Below are positions 13,011 through 24,621 of a stretch of DNA of 64,000 nucleotides, one piece after another. The notes under the pieces were generated by a model, which saw only the letters and a program-made list of their open reading frames with translations, was not told where the DNA came from and did no database searches. The stretch lies in assembly GCA_964016885.1 (NCBI GenBank), contig OZ024746.1:97712001-97776000 (forward strand), given 5' to 3'. This DNA is from Eledone cirrhosa (taxonomy: Eukaryota). The translations under genes were made by a program, and so were the position numbers. The stretch's first letter is position 1; every line of letters begins with the position of its first letter.

Positions 13011-13950
13011 ACATATTCAATTTAACTCTTACTACCTTCCAGCTATGACTGAAAAAGATTACCAACACCTTTTCATTACATTCAATAACATTTTCTCCAT
13101 TTCAAATTAAATTATTTATTGATTTTTGTTCATATTCAAGCCTTGCCATTGATTCAATGAATATATGAAAGATGAAGCTTATATATTTTTTTTATAATTA
13201 AGAATGACAAACAGTACAGATTTTCAAATTATATCACTGACGTTCTATGATAAATGGCCTATATCTGATATTTCACCCATTATATGCCCTATTCAAAGCT
13301 TTAAAAATGACTAACAAACAAATTATTGCAGAATTTAACGTTGTCGCGATTTCCCTCTATCACTAAATCCATCACTGAAGCAAAGTCTTTTGGTAAAATT
13401 GTGCTCAAATAAAATGTATGAAGCATATTAGAAGCAGTGGTAATACAAGTTAAACAAATATATACAATGCATTTAAATTGTATTAACAGCACTTCTAATA
13501 TGATCCATCTATGTTATTTCATATACATATATTTGTTTTGTGGAATAAGATGATGAAAGAATGGAAGCTACCATATAAAACCAAGGTGGTTCGAGCTTCT
13601 GGTGAAGTTATTGCTTTACATTGGAAAAGGAAGTTGTATGCTTCCAGTAGAATGTTTTAATGGAAACCCTTTTAGAAATATTATCACATGAATGTTTTCC
13701 AAATGCAATAGCTAAGGGATAGATTTCATGGTAGACTGAAATCCATAGAATATCTGAAGGCATGTAATATTTTTTCAAGCTTTGAATAGGGCCTTTTATG
13801 TAAAAAATATTGGCAACAATTTATGTAAATTATTATGGAAAGTGAATGACAGAAATTATGGAAACTGTACTGCGTAGCTTTCTCAATTCATTTAACCTGA
13901 ATTAAGAATAATTTGCATATACTCTGTGGAGTATGTTAGATACTAATAAA

Positions 13951-14229
13951 CAGGACTGGATTTAATGAGGGGTAAAGGGGGAAATTACCCCGGGCTGCCT
14001 GTAGTGGGCTACCCCCATCAGCAATGGCCATAGCAATTTATTTGTGCCCTCAGCCAGGCTTTTTAGTTTTAGGATGGTTAGAATTTTTTAATTTAATACC
14101 TGTATGTATAACTTTTCAATTCCAATAACTTGCGCCAAGCTAACTTTGATATGTAAAATTAGGGGGTTTGCTGTGTATTCTAATTTTTTTTGTGTATGAA
14201 GGGAACCCCAAGGTCTATATCCAACCCTG
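13951..14229 (+). mobile_element. hAT-superfamily MITE
   Basis: TIRs CAGGACTGGATTTA / TATATCCAACCCTG; 8-bp target duplication CTAATAAA / CTAATGAA. Confidence 0.8.
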
Positions 14230-14640
14230 CTAATGAATATAATTCTGAAATGTATAAACAAATTTGATGTTACAGATTATTAACATTTTTAATATAGAAC
14301 TATTTTGTTTTATATGGATACAATATCTGCCTCAAAACAACCTATTGAAACTGAGCCAGTCAAGAAAAGCAGACATAAATGATGGTGATATATATAATTG
14401 GAAGAATATAAGTAGAAGAAAGCTGTGGAAAAGAAAAAAAACAAGAAAGAGCTGGGAAGAAGTGATGAAAACTGATCTCAAGTAACTACACCTCACAAAT
14501 GAGATGAGAATAGAAAAAATGTTTATACTGGAGAAAACTTGACTAAACCATACGAGCATAGAAAATGGACATAATATGATTTTGTTTTTATCATCATTGT
14601 TTAACGTCCATCTTCCACACTAGCATGGGTTATATATATA

Positions 14641-15730
14641 GTTTAGTGAGGAATTCCAGAAAACAAGTAGGAGTACATCAGGGTTCGGTCGTCAACCCAC
14701 TCTTGTTCATTATAGTCCTCAACAGAGGAGTTTAAGACTGGCTGCCCGTGGGAACTTCTCTATGCTGACGATCTGGTTCTTCTAGCAGAATCAGTAGAGG
14801 AGCTAGAGAATAAATTCTGGCTCTAGAAACAGCAGTTGGAAGCAAGAGGACTGAGAGTGAAACTAGCTAAGACAAAAGTGTTGATGAGTAGAAAAGAGGA
14901 CAAAACTCTGATTCTGTCAGGGAAATGGCCATGTTCGATATGCAGAAAAGGAACTGGCATAAATTCTATAAAATGTACACAATGCAAATCTTGGGTACTC
15001 AAGAAATGTAGTGGGATAGCAGGCATACTAACAAGTAGGGAAAAATATGTATGCAGTAGATGTACAGGGAAATTTGACAGTAGAAGTCGCATTGATAGGG
15101 ACATTTTTCAAATGCAGGTGGGTTCTATAGAAGTGGTTGATAGCTTCTGGTACCTAGGTGATCAGATTAGCATGGGAGGGCGTTCTGGGGCCATAGTATC
15201 TAGAATTAGGACGGGTTGGAAGAAATTTAATGAGCTGCTTCCTCTGCTGATGAAGAAGGGCTTCTCCCTGCGTACAAAAGGCCGGTTATGTGAGGTGGGT
15301 AATGCTGCATGGTAGTGAGACATGGGAAACTGCAGAGGATATGCGACAGCTGGAGAGAAATGAGGAAAGTATGCTCCGTTGGATGGGTAATGTCAATGTG
15401 CGTGAATGACCAAGCGTAGATGAGTTGAGAGAGAAACTGTGTATAAGAGGGATAAGTTGTAGTGTGTGGGAGAGAAGACTGCGATGGTATGGACATGTGA
15501 TACGCATGGAGAATGACTGCTGGGTAAAGGAAATGCCAGTTAAAGGAAGACGCAGTAGAGGAAGACCACGAAAAACATGGGCAGAGGTGGTGAGAGCAGA
15601 CCTCAGATCGCTGAAGCTCATTGTCGAGATGATGAAGGACCGTGACAAGTGGAGAGATGATGTGCTGAATCGGACCCGTCCCACCCTTGCAAGCAGGGAA
15701 AAGCGGACGTAAAATGATGATGATGATGAT
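14641..15730 (+). mobile_element. 5'-truncated, decayed RTE LINE
   Basis: High similarity to 56094-57553 (YADD motif, PHD finger, LASREKRT end) with stops and frameshifts; (ATG)n tail; (TA)n on both sides. Confidence 0.95.
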
Positions 15731-16132
15731 ATATATATAGTGTAGAAAATGGTGATTATGGTGTATATATATATATATATGTGTGTGTATATATAGGAAA
15801 AACTTCAAGACCCCCTATGGCTGAGCTCTGGCTGTTTCAAAACCCACAGATGAATCCACAGATGAACCCAAAGTGCAAATAAGAGCAGCAGCAACAAACT
15901 CCCTTTTCCATAAATGGCCAACTAGGGAAAGGTGGCTATAGAAAGTGTAGCATCAATAGTGGTCCCAGCATATCAGCTAAAACATATATATATATATATA
16001 AATATATATATAAATATATATATAAATATATATATATAAATATATATATATAAATATATATATATAAATCATCATCATCATCATCATCATCATTTTACGT
16101 CCACTTTTCCCTGCTTGCAAGGGTAGGATATG

Positions 16133-16195
<63 letters not shown>

Positions 16196-16397
16196 GAAAA
16201 TTAGAGTTAAAACTCCAATTGAAACCCTGTAACTATTAAGCTCCAAGTATAAAATACTGAGCCGATTAATAATATATATATATATAAATATATATATATA
16301 AATATATATAAATATATAAATATATATATATATATAAATATATAAATATATATATAAATATAAATATATATATAAATATATATATAAATATATATAA

Positions 16398-16461
<64 letters not shown>

Positions 16462-16680
16462 GGCTGACAGATGGCTGTCACTGAAATATATATAGCAGTA
16501 ATAAACGAAGCTAAATTTTAAACATTTGACTTTTTACTTAACTTTATTTTATATATAAATATATATATATATAAAACAATCTACCGGATAGTATCTAGAT
16601 ACTATCCAGGAGCTTCCAACAGCAATGGTTGCATTCTTTAAGGGTATGTCAATATTTATTTATAAAACTGATCTATATTA

Positions 16681-16745
16681 TATTTTATCTGATGAAAGCA
16701 CACCATAATTTAACTTGGTGTCCTTGAAATATGTATAATGAAATA
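16681..16745 (+). ncRNA. Type I hammerhead ribozyme (minimal, Penelope-like element associated)
   Basis: TATTTTAT-CTGATGA-AAGCACACCA...TGGTGTCCTT-GAAA-TATGTA-TA-ATGAAATA; 8-bp stem I, 9-bp stem II. Confidence 0.75.
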
Positions 16746-16796
16746 AATATGATTTTATAAATATAGTTTCCATTTGTTAATATCGTATATATATAT

Positions 16797-17022
16797 ATCA
16801 TCATCATCATCATCATTTCACGTCCGCTTTTCCCTGCTTGCAAGGGTGGGACAGGTCTTATTCAGCACAGCATCTCTCCACTCGTCACGGTCCCTCGTCA
16901 TCTCCACCGTGAGCTTCAATGATCTGATGTCTGTTCTCACCACCTCCGCCCATGTTTTTCGTGGTCTACCTCTACCACGTCTTCCTTCAACTGGCAATTC
17001 CTGGCACTTCTTCACCCATCGG
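16797..17022 (-). mobile_element. RTE LINE 3' fragment
   Basis: Peptide KKCQELPVEGRRGRGRPRKTW...LASREKRT with (CAT)n tail. Confidence 0.95.
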
Positions 17023-17413
17023 TCATATATTTATAGTGACAAAGGCGTTGTGTGGTTACTAATAAATATTATTTAGAAAACGTAAGAGAAACACAAACAT
17101 AAGGACAGTTCCTGCTCATTAGCTGTCTGCTGTGGGTTGCTGATGTTTTGTGACATTAAAGACAGAACATCTCACCACAGTGCATTGATAACTAAGAGGA
17201 ACAGTTATCCAGGAAGAATATAGGAAATATGTGAAATCTTTGGCACAGTTAGGTATATTTGAAAAAGGAAAAGAATGACTTTACCTGTAGTTGGTATTCT
17301 GAACAATTTAATTTTACAATTCTGCTATGTAGATTTACATAGAAAATTTGTAATATTATAGAATTAAATTGTTTAGAATACCATTACAAGTAAAGTCATT
17401 CTTTTCCTGTGTT

Positions 17414-17461
<48 letters not shown>

Positions 17462-17610
17462 GAAGGAGTTGTGGTAAGGAACCAGATGGACCATAACGTC
17501 CCAGAGTACTCAATACTTAGGGTAATAGGAAAAAGTATGACCCCGACGGCAGAGCTCAAGCCATTTCGACGGCTATTTTTTTTCCTATATATATATATAT
17601 ATATATATAT

Positions 17611-17969
17611 GACACACGACCGTGACCTCTGGCGTCACGCAGAATACAGAGTACCCGACCTCCCATGGGTACAAGCTGAAGCATATAGACAATATGCCCC
17701 CACACCCTCCCACTGCAAGGTGGTCGTGGAGGTGCCACGGCAAAAAGGCACCCAGCCCACACTGTAAAGTGGATGTGTAGGCGCCACGAAAAAGCACCCA
17801 GCACTCACTGTAAATGAGGTTGGTGTTAGGAAGGGCATCCAGCTGTAGAAATCAAGCCAAAATCAGTTCCTGTATGAGCAAGGCATGGTCAGCCGACCAG
17901 ACACTGCCCACAACAGGACAACCCGTCTAACCCATGCTAGCATGGAAGAACGGACGTAAAACGGTGATA
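17611..17969 (+). mobile_element. SINE-B2-like element with RTE-like 5' segment in place of a tRNA head
   Basis: HDRDLWRHA-type RTE end, then 49-bp repeats, AGGAAGGGCATCCAGC domain and second RTE tail; similar copy at 61861-62198. Confidence 0.7.
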
Positions 17970-18207
17970 TATATATATCAGCGTGGAAAAATAGATATAT
18001 GATGATTAGGAAATATATTTCTTCATATATAATTTAAAATTAAGAATTACAAATGAAAATTACAATTAGATGTATGTATTATATGTGTTTATATTTTCAT
18101 TCTGCAAGAAGTGTAAACAATTCATTATGTTATTTATACAACTGTGAATAAAATTTATATATATATATCATATTATTAAATAATAATAATAATAATAATA
18201 ATAATAA

Positions 18208-18393
18208 TTGTTTTTACTTTTGGCACAAGGCCAGCAATTACCCATTACATTACTGGTACTTTATTTTATCGACTCCGTAAGGATGAAAGGCAAAGTTAAC
18301 CTCGGCGGGATTTGAACTCAAACTGTAAAGGGATGTAACTATGCTGGAAAGCATGGCGTCCGACTCTCTACTGATACTGCCAATCCACCGCCC
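18208..18393 (-). mobile_element. SINE family A within (TAA)n
   Basis: Full-length reverse copy flanked by (TAA)n. Confidence 0.85.
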
Positions 18394-18394
18394 T

Positions 18395-18427
<33 letters not shown>

Positions 18428-18619
18428 GTACTAATGGGAACTGCCCATATACTAAGGAAGATTCTGTCAATATAAGTACATCACAAGTCTAAACACCTAA
18501 AGATGCATGTGTGTGTATGTATGTTCTTTCTTGACCATGGCGAACCTTGTTGTCTCTTGAGGTCACTGGTTGTGACTTGGTGATAACTCGTATGAACATA
18601 AAGCAAGATAAATGCAGCT

Positions 18620-18660
<41 letters not shown>
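18428..18660 (+). mobile_element. R4/Dong-clade retrotransposon 3' end inserted in (TAA)n
   Basis: Encodes VLMGTAHILRKILSI*, the R4/Dong C-terminal LLGTAxILR motif; 3' UTR follows; (TAA)n on both sides. Confidence 0.75.
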
Positions 18661-18661
<1 letters not shown>

Positions 18662-19024
18662 GAAAAAAGAGAAAAAGAATGTTTACATATAACTTAATCC
18701 TGTGAGAACATATATCTAGATTCTAGGTGTGACTAATGTTGAAAAGATGAACAATGACTATATTGAAGTGTGTCACAAACTTGCTTGAACTATAGAGAGA
18801 AACAGTGTAATTTGAGTTTATTCTATATTATCATCAGTCTTTCTTAAATCCTGCTTCTCCGTCTACTCTATTTTCGGCTTGGTTAAACACTGGAATGTCT
18901 TCATAGAAAAAGGTAGGAACAATAAACTGAAGCTTCTCATATGGATAGCTGAGTTTGTCAAACAATATAAATACAACACTAAGCATGTATAACTGCCAAA
19001 CATAAACATATTAAATTTTGTGAG

Positions 19025-19186
19025 GGAGAGAGAGAGAGTTGGGTTCAATCATGGGTAATCAGAGAGAGAAAGAGAGAGAGTCAGGTTCAATAAGGGGGTA
19101 ACCAGAGAGAGAGAGAGAGTTGGGTTCAATCAGGGGTAATCAGAGAGAGAGAGAGAGAGAGTCGGGTTCAATCAGGGGTAACCAGA
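19025..19186 (+). repeat. ~38-bp minisatellite (GA)n-GTTGGGTTCAATCAGGGGTAA, 4 copies
   Basis: Direct inspection. Confidence 0.8.
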
Positions 19187-19859
19187 GTAAGTAAGGAACT
19201 CAATATATTAATAGAGTATATACAAAATTTAATATAAAAATGGCTTCTACAGAACTAAAACTGTTTCATTCGAAGGAAATCATTGATGATTTCCTTCGAA
19301 TGAAAGTTCTATTCCTATATATATAGTTTTCTGCACGTTTTTCTATCTCCAAATTACTTATATTTCTCAGCTATTATTTATAGGGACTGAGTATTTTTAT
19401 GGTAATTTGCAAAAGGATGCCCACATTCCTTATGTTAAATGCTTCCAATTCATCTTAAGTCAACTGGTTTGTACATAATAATTTATATTATGTGCTCAGG
19501 TGCACTACACTCATCAAAGATGCATGTATAGTACATAGAATAATGTACAAATGCCAGGAAAGTAAACAGTGTATGAGTCATGATATACATGTAAGCATGT
19601 GTATGGAGGGGGAATATCACATGTAGTGTTGGCACATTTCAGAGCTGTAATGTCTTAATTCGGAGTGACTTTCTCATCTCCAAGTTATGCACTCTATCAT
19701 GTAACATTATGCCTTTTTAAAACAATAATGAATACATTAAAAATATAAATTAATTCAATTGTCAGAATATTAGAAAACTTTAGAATATATCAAGTATTTT
19801 AAAGCCATTTTCGCCACCAAAGCAAGGGTTAACTTTGTCTGCTCCCAAAACAAACTATT

Positions 19860-21010
19860 CTTTTTGCCCTATCTTCTACATCCCCGCCTCAAAACCATTT
19901 TGGCTTTCATTTCCTCCCACATTTATTTCAATCACTCATCTCATTCAGTTATCCTTCCTCATCACATGATCAAACCATCTCATTCCATTTCTCTTCACAA
20001 CATTCCTCACTGGCTCTATTCCCATGACCCTTTGTAAGTCATTACTTATCTTTCTCTCCCTACTCATGCTCTGAAGGATTTACACCTCCATTCTTCCCAA
20101 CCTTCTCTATTGCTCCATGCTCAACACCCATATCTCTCTCCCATAAATCATGACACTTCTCACACATGTAGCATGCATCTTTACCCTCACTTCTTTCCAG
20201 CCTTCTCAGCTGCTCCGTGTTCACTACATGTGTCACTCCCATAAATCATGACACTTCTCACACATGTAGCATGCATCTTTACCCTCACTTCTTACCAGCC
20301 TTCTCAGCTGCTCCGTGTTCACTACATGTGTCACTCCCATAAATCATGACACTTCTCACACATGTAGCATGCATCTTTACCCTCACTTCTTTCCAGCCTT
20401 CTCAGCTGCTCCGTGTTCACTACATGTGTCACTCCCATAAATCATGACACTTCTCACACATGTAGCATGCATCTTTACCCTCACTTCTTTCCAGCCTTCT
20501 CAGCTGCTCCGTGTTCACTACATGTGTCACTCCCATAAATCATGACACTTCTCACACATGTAGCATGCATCTTTACCCTCACTTCTTACCAGCCTTCTCA
20601 GCTGCTCCGTGTTCACTACATGTGTCACTCCCATAAATCATGACACTTCTCACACATGTAGCATGCATCTTTACCCTCACTTCTTTCCAGCCTTCTCAGC
20701 TGCTCCGTGTTCACTACATGTGTCACTCCCATAAATCATGACACTTCTCACACATGTAGCATACATCTTTACCCTCACTTCTTTCCAGCCTTCTCAGCTG
20801 CTCCGTGTTCACTACATGTGTCACTCCCATAAATCATGACACTTCTCACACATGTAGCATGCATCTTTACCTTCACTTCTTACCAGCCTTCTCAGCTGCT
20901 CCATGTTCACTACATGTGTCACTCCCATAAATCATGACATTTCTCACACATGCAACATACACCTATCACTTCTGTTCTTTCAGGACATTCCCTTCTACTC
21001 CACATTTATC
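19860..21010 (-). mobile_element. Old RTE-clade LINE fragment hosting a satellite
   Basis: Minus-strand peptide VVNTEQLRRLERSE resembles RTE ATAEDMRRLERNE; a WFDHVMR-like segment lies downstream. Confidence 0.6.
20138..20950. repeat. 98-bp tandem array, ~8.3 copies
   Basis: CCATAAATCA recurs at 20141, 20239, 20337 ... 20925. Confidence 0.95.
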
Positions 21011-21020
21011 ACACGTCCCA

Positions 21021-21240
21021 CTCTTCTTGTCGTGTCAACAAGAGTGTCAGCTACAAAGCTTGGCTAAATGTGGTTCTGCCACAGCTGAACACGTTGCTGT
21101 CCTTTCTCATTAAACTCTGCCAAGTCCAATGCTGTGCAGGGGTGTTACATCAGGGGGGGGGGGATACCAGGAGGTGCTGCATAGTCTGTGGTTCAATGCT
21201 GCAGTCACACACAACGGCCCCATCCTTTAAATATCCACAT
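21021..21240 (-). mobile_element. Ingi/Vingi-like LINE 3' fragment
   Basis: Peptide GY....VCDCSIEPQTMQHLL (zinc-knuckle motif) and a GACACGACAAGAAGA end. Confidence 0.5.
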
Positions 21241-21242
21241 GG

Positions 21243-23180
21243 AGGTGTCACGAGAAAAAAGCACCCAGTCCACACTGTGAAGTGGTAATATAGGCACCAC
21301 GGTAAAAAAGCACCCAGTCCACACTGTAAAGTGGTAATGTAGGTGTCACGGTAAAAAAGCACCCAGTCCACATTGTAAAGTGGTAATGTAGGTGCCACGG
21401 TAAAAAGGAACCCAGTCCACACTGTAAAGTGGTAATGTAGGTGCCACGGTAAAAAAGTACCCAGCACTCACTGTAAAGTGGTAATGTAGGTGCCACGGTA
21501 AAAAAGTACCCAGCACTCACTGTAAAGTGGTAATGTAGGTGTCATGGTAAAAAAGCACCCAGTCCACACTGTAAAGTGGTAATGTAGGTGCCATGTAAAA
21601 AAGTACCCAGCACTCACTGTAAAGTGGTAATGTAGGTGCCATGTAAAAAAGCACCCAGCACTCACTGTAAAGTGGTATTGTAGGTGTCACGGTAAAAAAA
21701 AACCCAGCACTCACTGTAAAGTGGTAATGTAGGTGTCACGGTAAAAAAGAACCCACCACTCACTGTAAAGTGGTAATGTAGGTGCCACAGTAAAAAAGCA
21801 CTCAGTCCACACTGTAAAGTGGTAATGTAGGTGCCATGTAAAAAAGAACCCATCACTCACTGTAAAGTGGTAATGTAGGTGTCACGGTAAAAAAGAAACC
21901 AGCACTCACTGTAAAGTGGTAATGTAGGTTCCACGGTAAAAAAGTACCCATCACTCACTGTAAAGTGGTAATGTAGGTGCCACGGTAAAAAAGCACCCAG
22001 CACTCACTGTAAAGTGGTAATGTAGGTGTCCCGGTAAAAAAGCACCCAGTCCACACTGTAAAGTGGTAATGTAGGTGCCATGTAAAAAAGTACCCAGCAC
22101 TCACTGTAAAGTGGTAATGTAGGTGCCATGTAAAAAAGCACCCAGCACTCACTGTAAAGTGGTAACGTAGGTGTCACGGTAAAAAAGCACCCAGCACTCA
22201 CTGTAAAGTGGTAATGTAGGTGCCACAGTAAAAAAGCACCCAGTCCACACTGTAAAGTGGTAATGTAGGTACCATGTAAAAAAGTACCCAGCACTCACTG
22301 TAAAGTGGTAATGTGGGTGCCATGTAAAAAAGAACCCAGCACTCACTGTAAAGTGGTATTGTAGGTGTCACGGTAAAAAAGAACCCAGCACTCACTGTAA
22401 AGTGGTAATGTAGGTGCCATGTAAAAAAGTACCCAGCACTCACTGTAAAGTGGTAATGTAGGTGCCACAGTAAAAAAGCACCCAGTCCACACTGTAAAGT
22501 GGTAATGTAGGTGCCACAGTAAAAAAGCACCCAGTCCACACTGTAAAGTGGTAATGTAGGTGCCACAGTAAAAAAGCACCCAGTCCACACTGTAAAGTGG
22601 TAATGTAGGTGCCACAGTAAAAAAGCACCCAGTCCACACTGTAAAGTGGTAATGTAGGTGCCACAGTAAAAAAGCACCCAGTCCACACTGTAAAGTGGTA
22701 ATGTAGGTGCCATGTAAAAAAGCACCCAGTCCACACTGTAAAGTGGTAATGTAGGTGCCACGGTAAAAAAGCACCCAGTCCACACTGTAAAGTGGTAATG
22801 TAGGTGCCACAGTAAAAAAGCACCCAGTCCACACTGTAAAGTGGTAATGTAGGTGCCACAGTAAAAAAGCACCCAGTCCACACTGTAAAGTGGTAATGTA
22901 GGTGCCACAGTAAAAAAGCACCCAGTCCACACTGTAAAGTGGTAATGTAGGTGCCATGTAAAAAAGCACCCAGTCCACACTGTAAAGTGGTAATGTAGGT
23001 GCCACAGTAAAAAAGCACCCAGTCCACACTGTAAAGTGGTAATGTAGGTGCCACAGTAAAAAAGCACCCAGTCCACACTGTAAAGTGGTAATGTAGGTGT
23101 CACGGTAAAAAAGAACCCAGTCCACACTGTAAAGTGGTAATGTAGGTGCCACAGTAAAAAAGAACCCAGCACTCACTGTA
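21243..23180. repeat. 48-49-bp tandem array, ~39-40 copies, derived from the SINE-B internal repeat
   Basis: Unit GGTGCCACAGTAAAAAAGCACCCAGTCCACACTGTAAAGTGGTAATGTA; continues into the SINE-B2 3' end (23181-23347). Confidence 0.95.
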
Positions 23181-23731
23181 AATGTGGTTGGTGTTAGGAA
23201 GGGCATCCAGCTGTAGAAATCAAGCCCAAATCAGTTCCTGTATGGGCAAGACAAGATCACCCAACCTGGCATTGCCCACAACAGGAAAACCTGTCTAACC
23301 CATGCTAGCGTGGAAGAAAGGACATAAACCGGTGATGAAGATGATGATTCATCACACATGTCCCCCTACCATAAAACATAGCTCTTCTTACATGTGTGTG
23401 TAAAATATATCAAAATCATAGAGAACAGTAGAATGTTCCAAGATGTGTTGAAAGACAAGAAGAATGAAATAAATGTGATTATGAAAAACCAGACAATATG
23501 CTGACTACCAGTTGTTGATTAGTTGGTGACAAATTAACAAGAGGTCAATGAAAATACTAATAACTCAATTACTCCCTTTCGCTGTTGTTTTATATATTGT
23601 TTTGAAAACAAAAATAAAAATCACCCATCAAATAAACTGAGACTGCATTTCAGTCAAAACCTTACAATATATATGTGTGTGTGTGTGTGTGTGCACGTGT
23701 GGGTGTGTGTGTTTTTATTTATGTGTGTGTG

Positions 23732-23779
<48 letters not shown>

Positions 23780-23928
23780 AAAGTTTTATTTAAAATTGTT
23801 GGGATACAACAAGTAAATATTTTATAACTGATATAAAGCACTCGACAAGTTTTTGGAGTAGATATACGATATTAAGTAAATGGAAACTATATTTATAAAA
23901 CCATATTTATAAAACTGTTTATATATTG

Positions 23929-23993
23929 TATTTTATCTGACGAAGGCATGCCATATTTTAATTTGGTATCCCTGAAATATGTATAATGAAATA
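23929..23993 (+). ncRNA. Type I hammerhead ribozyme
   Basis: TATTTTAT-CTGACGA-AGGCATGCCA...TGGTATCCCT-GAAA-TATGTA-TA-ATGAAATA, enclosed by a 49-bp inverted repeat. Confidence 0.75.
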
Positions 23994-24056
23994 AATATGG
24001 TTTTATAAATATAGTTTCCATTTACTTAATATCGTATATATATATATATATATATA

Positions 24057-24503
24057 TGGCTTAGTGGTTAGAGCATTGGGCTTGCAATCGAAAGGTTGTG
24101 AGTTCAATTCTCAGACCAGGTGTTGTGTTGTTTCCTTGAGCAAGACACTTTATTTCACATTGCTCCAGTTTACTCAGTTGTAGAAATGAGATGATAGGGA
24201 CTAGGGTCCCTATCATGTCACTGCAAAGTGGTCGTGGAGGTGCCATGGCAAAAAAAAAAGCACCCAGCCAACACTGTAAAGTGGACATGTAGGTGCCACG
24301 GAAAAAAAAGCTCCCAGCACTCACTGTAAATGAGGTTGGTGTTAGGAAGGGCATCCAGCTGTAGAAATCAAGCCAGAATCAGTTCCCGTATGAGCAAGAG
24401 AAGGTCAGCCGACCGCACACTGCCCACAACAGGAAAACCCGTCTAACCCATGCTAGTGTTGACGAACAGATGTAAAACGGTGATGATGATGATGATGATG
24501 ATA
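24057..24503 (+). mobile_element. SINE family B2 (tRNA head, CORE-like segment, alternative RTE tail), full length
   Basis: Same head and body as B1 but the tail reads ...CCCGTCTAACCCATGCTAG...GTAAAACGG(TGA)n. Confidence 0.9.
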
Positions 24504-24621
24504 TATATGTATATATATATAATATATAAATGAATATATCTATGTATGTATATATAAATGAAGTATTTCCATTGGAAAGGTACAGGAAAAAAGAGTACTC
24601 TATGTAGGCTACAGAGCTTAT

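Noticed and set aside
11475-13110. Long YI/HI-rich ORFs of up to 357 aa
   Set aside because: Translations of (TA)n/(TACA)n microsatellite, which lacks stops in all frames
21243-23180. CRISPR-like regular repeat, or repetitive protein ORFs
   Set aside because: No unique spacers; head-to-tail SINE-derived units in a eukaryotic context; ORFs arise from stop-free frames
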